The position numbers were made by a program, and so were the translations under genes. Positions 60,791-64,000 of a DNA stretch of 64,000 nucleotides are shown here, one piece after another (position 1 is the first letter of the stretch; each line of letters opens with the position of its first letter). The stretch is taken from positions 1 through 64,000 of the forward strand of contig NW_021835467.1 in NCBI RefSeq assembly GCF_006345805.1. The letters run 5' to 3'. The notes under the pieces are model-generated. The model made no database searches. It was given only the letters and a program-made list of their open reading frames with translations, and was not told the origin of the DNA. The DNA comes from Octopus sinensis (lineage: Eukaryota).

Positions 60791-62474
60791 CTGTTGAACT
60801 TTTTGTGATTTTTTGTGACTAAGTTAAAGTCCGTCTAAAATCATCAATTCATAACTTATGATTAATAAGAACCCAATAATAAAGTAACCAAGGAAGTAAG
60901 AATCAGTAATTTAACGAGACTCGACAAATCTAATACGATTTTTATCAAAGTCGGAAACAGTGTAGTAACGACGTATAAAGACACCCCCAATATCCAGAAG
61001 GGAATGTCTTGGGAGTAATTTCGACTGTGCAAATTCCAATGAAGGGAATCTATTTAGTAAATTTCATTCTCAGTCAACAGGAATAATGTAGTCCTTAGGT
61101 TTTAACTCAAATTTGGTTCCGCTAATGTCAGATTTCAGCACCTAACTTTAAAGCCTAAATTTCCCTACTTATTATTCAGACTGAACCTTACTCTTCATTT
61201 ATCAATCAGAAAAAATAAGTCGTTCTCTTGTAAAAAGTATTTGATTCAAAATGAGAAATATTGATAAGCCACAAGACAAACGAAGAGACTAGAAACAAGC
61301 ACGTGTTGATGAGGAAGTTCATATGTCATATCGATGGGTAGAACATGGTCTTTAAAACAATAAACGTGGTGTAAAAAGAACCATAACTATTTGGTTAATT
61401 TTATTAAAGCAAACATCTGCACAAACTTGAGGGTCTCAAACTACAGATACATAAATGTATTACTGACAAGCAGAAGGTCCTGGGTTTAAATACAATTTGA
61501 GACTTTCCTGAAAATAACTTTAAAGCCTTTATAATTCCTTAATTACGTTCAAATAAATTATTTTAATGACATACTTTCGGTGAACGACTCATAAAAGGAA
61601 TTTGCATCAATAAGGTCTTTATATTCATATCCTTTGTGTGGAGGATTACATATTCACGTCCTGTGGTCATTTCGTTCTGCTAAACATTAAAATTTAAAAA
61701 TTGATTACCAAAGTGGATAGACGCACTCTCAAAATAACAGATTTGACAATTAAATTTTTTTGGTTATTGATTTTTATACTTTAACGTTGAAAAATCGCAA
61801 GCTAAAGAAACTGACAGCCATAGAAGTAAAATAGACGATTTTAAAACTTGACAAAAACATTTAATATTTATCAAAGTGTTTTGTTTTTGAGTGTTTTTAA
61901 AACTTAAAATCAAAATCAATCAATGTTTTAAGTATCCTAGTCGGGTAAGATTGATTTCTGCTGGATATTCAAAATAACTATTCTTCTAAAAGACACAATT
62001 CAGTAATTTATATCACTCAGTGACATTTAAACCAATTTCTGTCTAATCATGGTGTCCTATCGAAGTAGTTGAAATGGTATTTAGTTGAACACAGAATTGC
62101 AAGATGAAAATAAAGTCATAATCTAAATTGACTTCAGACTTAAAGAAGTCGGAATCCAACCACTTTGCCAGGCTATCCTTCCCTGTTTGTGACCGTGATT
62201 TATCACACCACTTCAAATTCATTCTGAAATGATCATATTCTCACTGTCCTTTTCAAATTTGAAGATTTTCCAAAAATAGGCACGAATCTGTGTCATTTCT
62301 ATATCAACACAAATCCGAAAATTAGCTTCTCTTTGCTTTCGACTACTTTTTCAAGGATATCCTAATCTTATGTTTTTCATAACCAAATTGAGATGGAATT
62401 GAGTCATTTTTTACTCCGCGTACATTGAATGAGTAAGCATTTAAATTTGTTGTAAAACAATAAAAACTTGTTTT

Positions 62475-62535
62475 TCAATAGCCATTTTGCGTGGGAATTG
62501 CCATTCCATCTTATCCTCTGCTGCTAATTAAATAC
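62475..62535 (+). mobile_element. About 60-bp 3' remnant of the CRE-like family at 19194-21373
   Basis: Near-identical reverse complement of about 19227-19288; encodes SIAILRGNCHSILSSAAN*. Confidence 0.85.
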
Positions 62536-64000
62536 TGAATAACAGATTCTTTGATTATCAAAAATTGAGTCTTTAAAAAAAATAAAATAAAAACTTTGTC
62601 AAAACATCATCAGCCAATCAATGTGCAAAAATAATATTTCAGTTAATAAAAAATTAATATGTTAATATAGTATTTCGAATGATGCTTTCTATAATTATCT
62701 TATTTCTATAAATACATTTGATCTAAGCGCCCGAATGACTTTTTTCGAAATTTTTTCAAATTGAATTTTTTGCATTGACTCAGGACAGACCGAAAAGCGC
62801 TTATTAAATAATTTTCGTAAAAATATAAGCCCTTGGCCTAAAGTTTAGGCCTTCTTCGGTCTCTTCGATGAACGTTCCCAAGTTAGACTCAATGGCCGCA
62901 CTTGGAAAAGTTTCCTTCGTTGTTTTGTTTGTAAACCGAGACTTTTGGCATTCTTTCAGCGGGGTCATTTTAAACTTATGTTCTGTACGCATACTCTCTA
63001 ATGTATTCCGAATAACAATAGACAGAATGTAATTGGTTTAATGTTTAGCAAATTCATAGTAGACCCAATGATCCAAGGAAGTGGAGAATTATTGAATTCT
63101 CCAGTCAGAAAATTACAAGATCATTATCTAAGATAATTCCCAAAAACAAGTTTTTGACAAAAAACATAAAAAACAGTTTATTTTTATAATCTGTCTTCTC
63201 ATTTCTCAGCAGGTAACATTACAAAATATTTTTGGCAATACTCCATTTTAAAAATATCATGGAATTAATGGATTCAACAACATTTTATGTCAAAACACAG
63301 TTGAGATTAATACAGATAGTGGAAGCTTAAATGAAATAAATACAATTTCTTTTTTCGTGAAGAAAAACTAAATGATGAAATTTTTTAATTCAAATAATAT
63401 TTAAAACATAAAAAATGTTATAAAGCTCCAGCGGATAGAATCGTCTGGTTATTTTTGCGGATGATCGTCGTCAAGAAACGCGGAAACAACCATTAAATCT
63501 CACAACGGCCTTTCATGCATAAGGAAATTAACTAAAAAATTATATATTTCTGGCTAGGCTTCTGTATATTTACGCTCTGTTCCATGCTTCCAATGCAACT
63601 CTAAATTAGTCAAACTAGAATTGATAGTTCGGGTTTGTTCCAAAATAGTAATTGTTAATTTAAGTTCTTGTGCGTTATAACTTTAACAAATTATAAAAAT
63701 TTAAAGTAATTTCTGTTAATTTTTTTCAATGTTCATTCAGGTAACCCGTAGGAATCGGTAATGTCCAGTGCTGTGTCATATTATTTCAAAGAGTAGCCAT
63801 TAAATATTGAAATGAAAATAACAATTTATTATCGCAATAAGATACAAAAGGAGAGTCATTGTAGCTACAGATAGTCGATTAACTATGAAATCTAGCACTT
63901 CAAACCAATGTATCCTGCTTATATACGTAATTTACGGACAAAAATGTTGGCCGATTCGGACATTTCTTGACATTACTCACTAACAAAATTCGACTACATT

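Noticed and set aside
62690-63400. DENN-domain gene on the minus strand (SPLPWIIGS, KEIVFIS)
   Set aside because: Only short suggestive motifs; no consistent spliced frame could be built.

Overview
AT-rich eukaryotic (metazoan) nuclear DNA from a compact genome. Almost every host gene is split by ultra-short spliceosomal introns (mostly 19-33 nt) with degenerate splice sites. Together with a probable ciliogenesis gene, this best fits a dicyemid-type mesozoan; that is inference, not proven. Host genes recognised after manual splicing: gamma-glutamyltranspeptidase, an orphan type I membrane protein, Timeless, a probable miniature CPLANE1/JBTS17, an SLC16 transporter, Rer1, a probable miniature PEAK1-like pseudokinase, two copies of an SH3-gene/inositol polyphosphate kinase block, Surf4, a C-type lectin, a miniature CBP/p300, a catalytically dead GH18 with a CBM14 domain, and TAF13. 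About half of the window is transposon debris: Buster-type and CGGBP1-type hATs, pogo/Tigger, Ginger-like integrase elements, a Merlin fragment, and CRE-like, Jockey-like, RTE-like and R4-like non-LTR elements, often nested and with readable target-site duplications. No rRNA, tRNA, snRNA or CRISPR array could be supported. All homology calls come from remembered motifs, not database searches.
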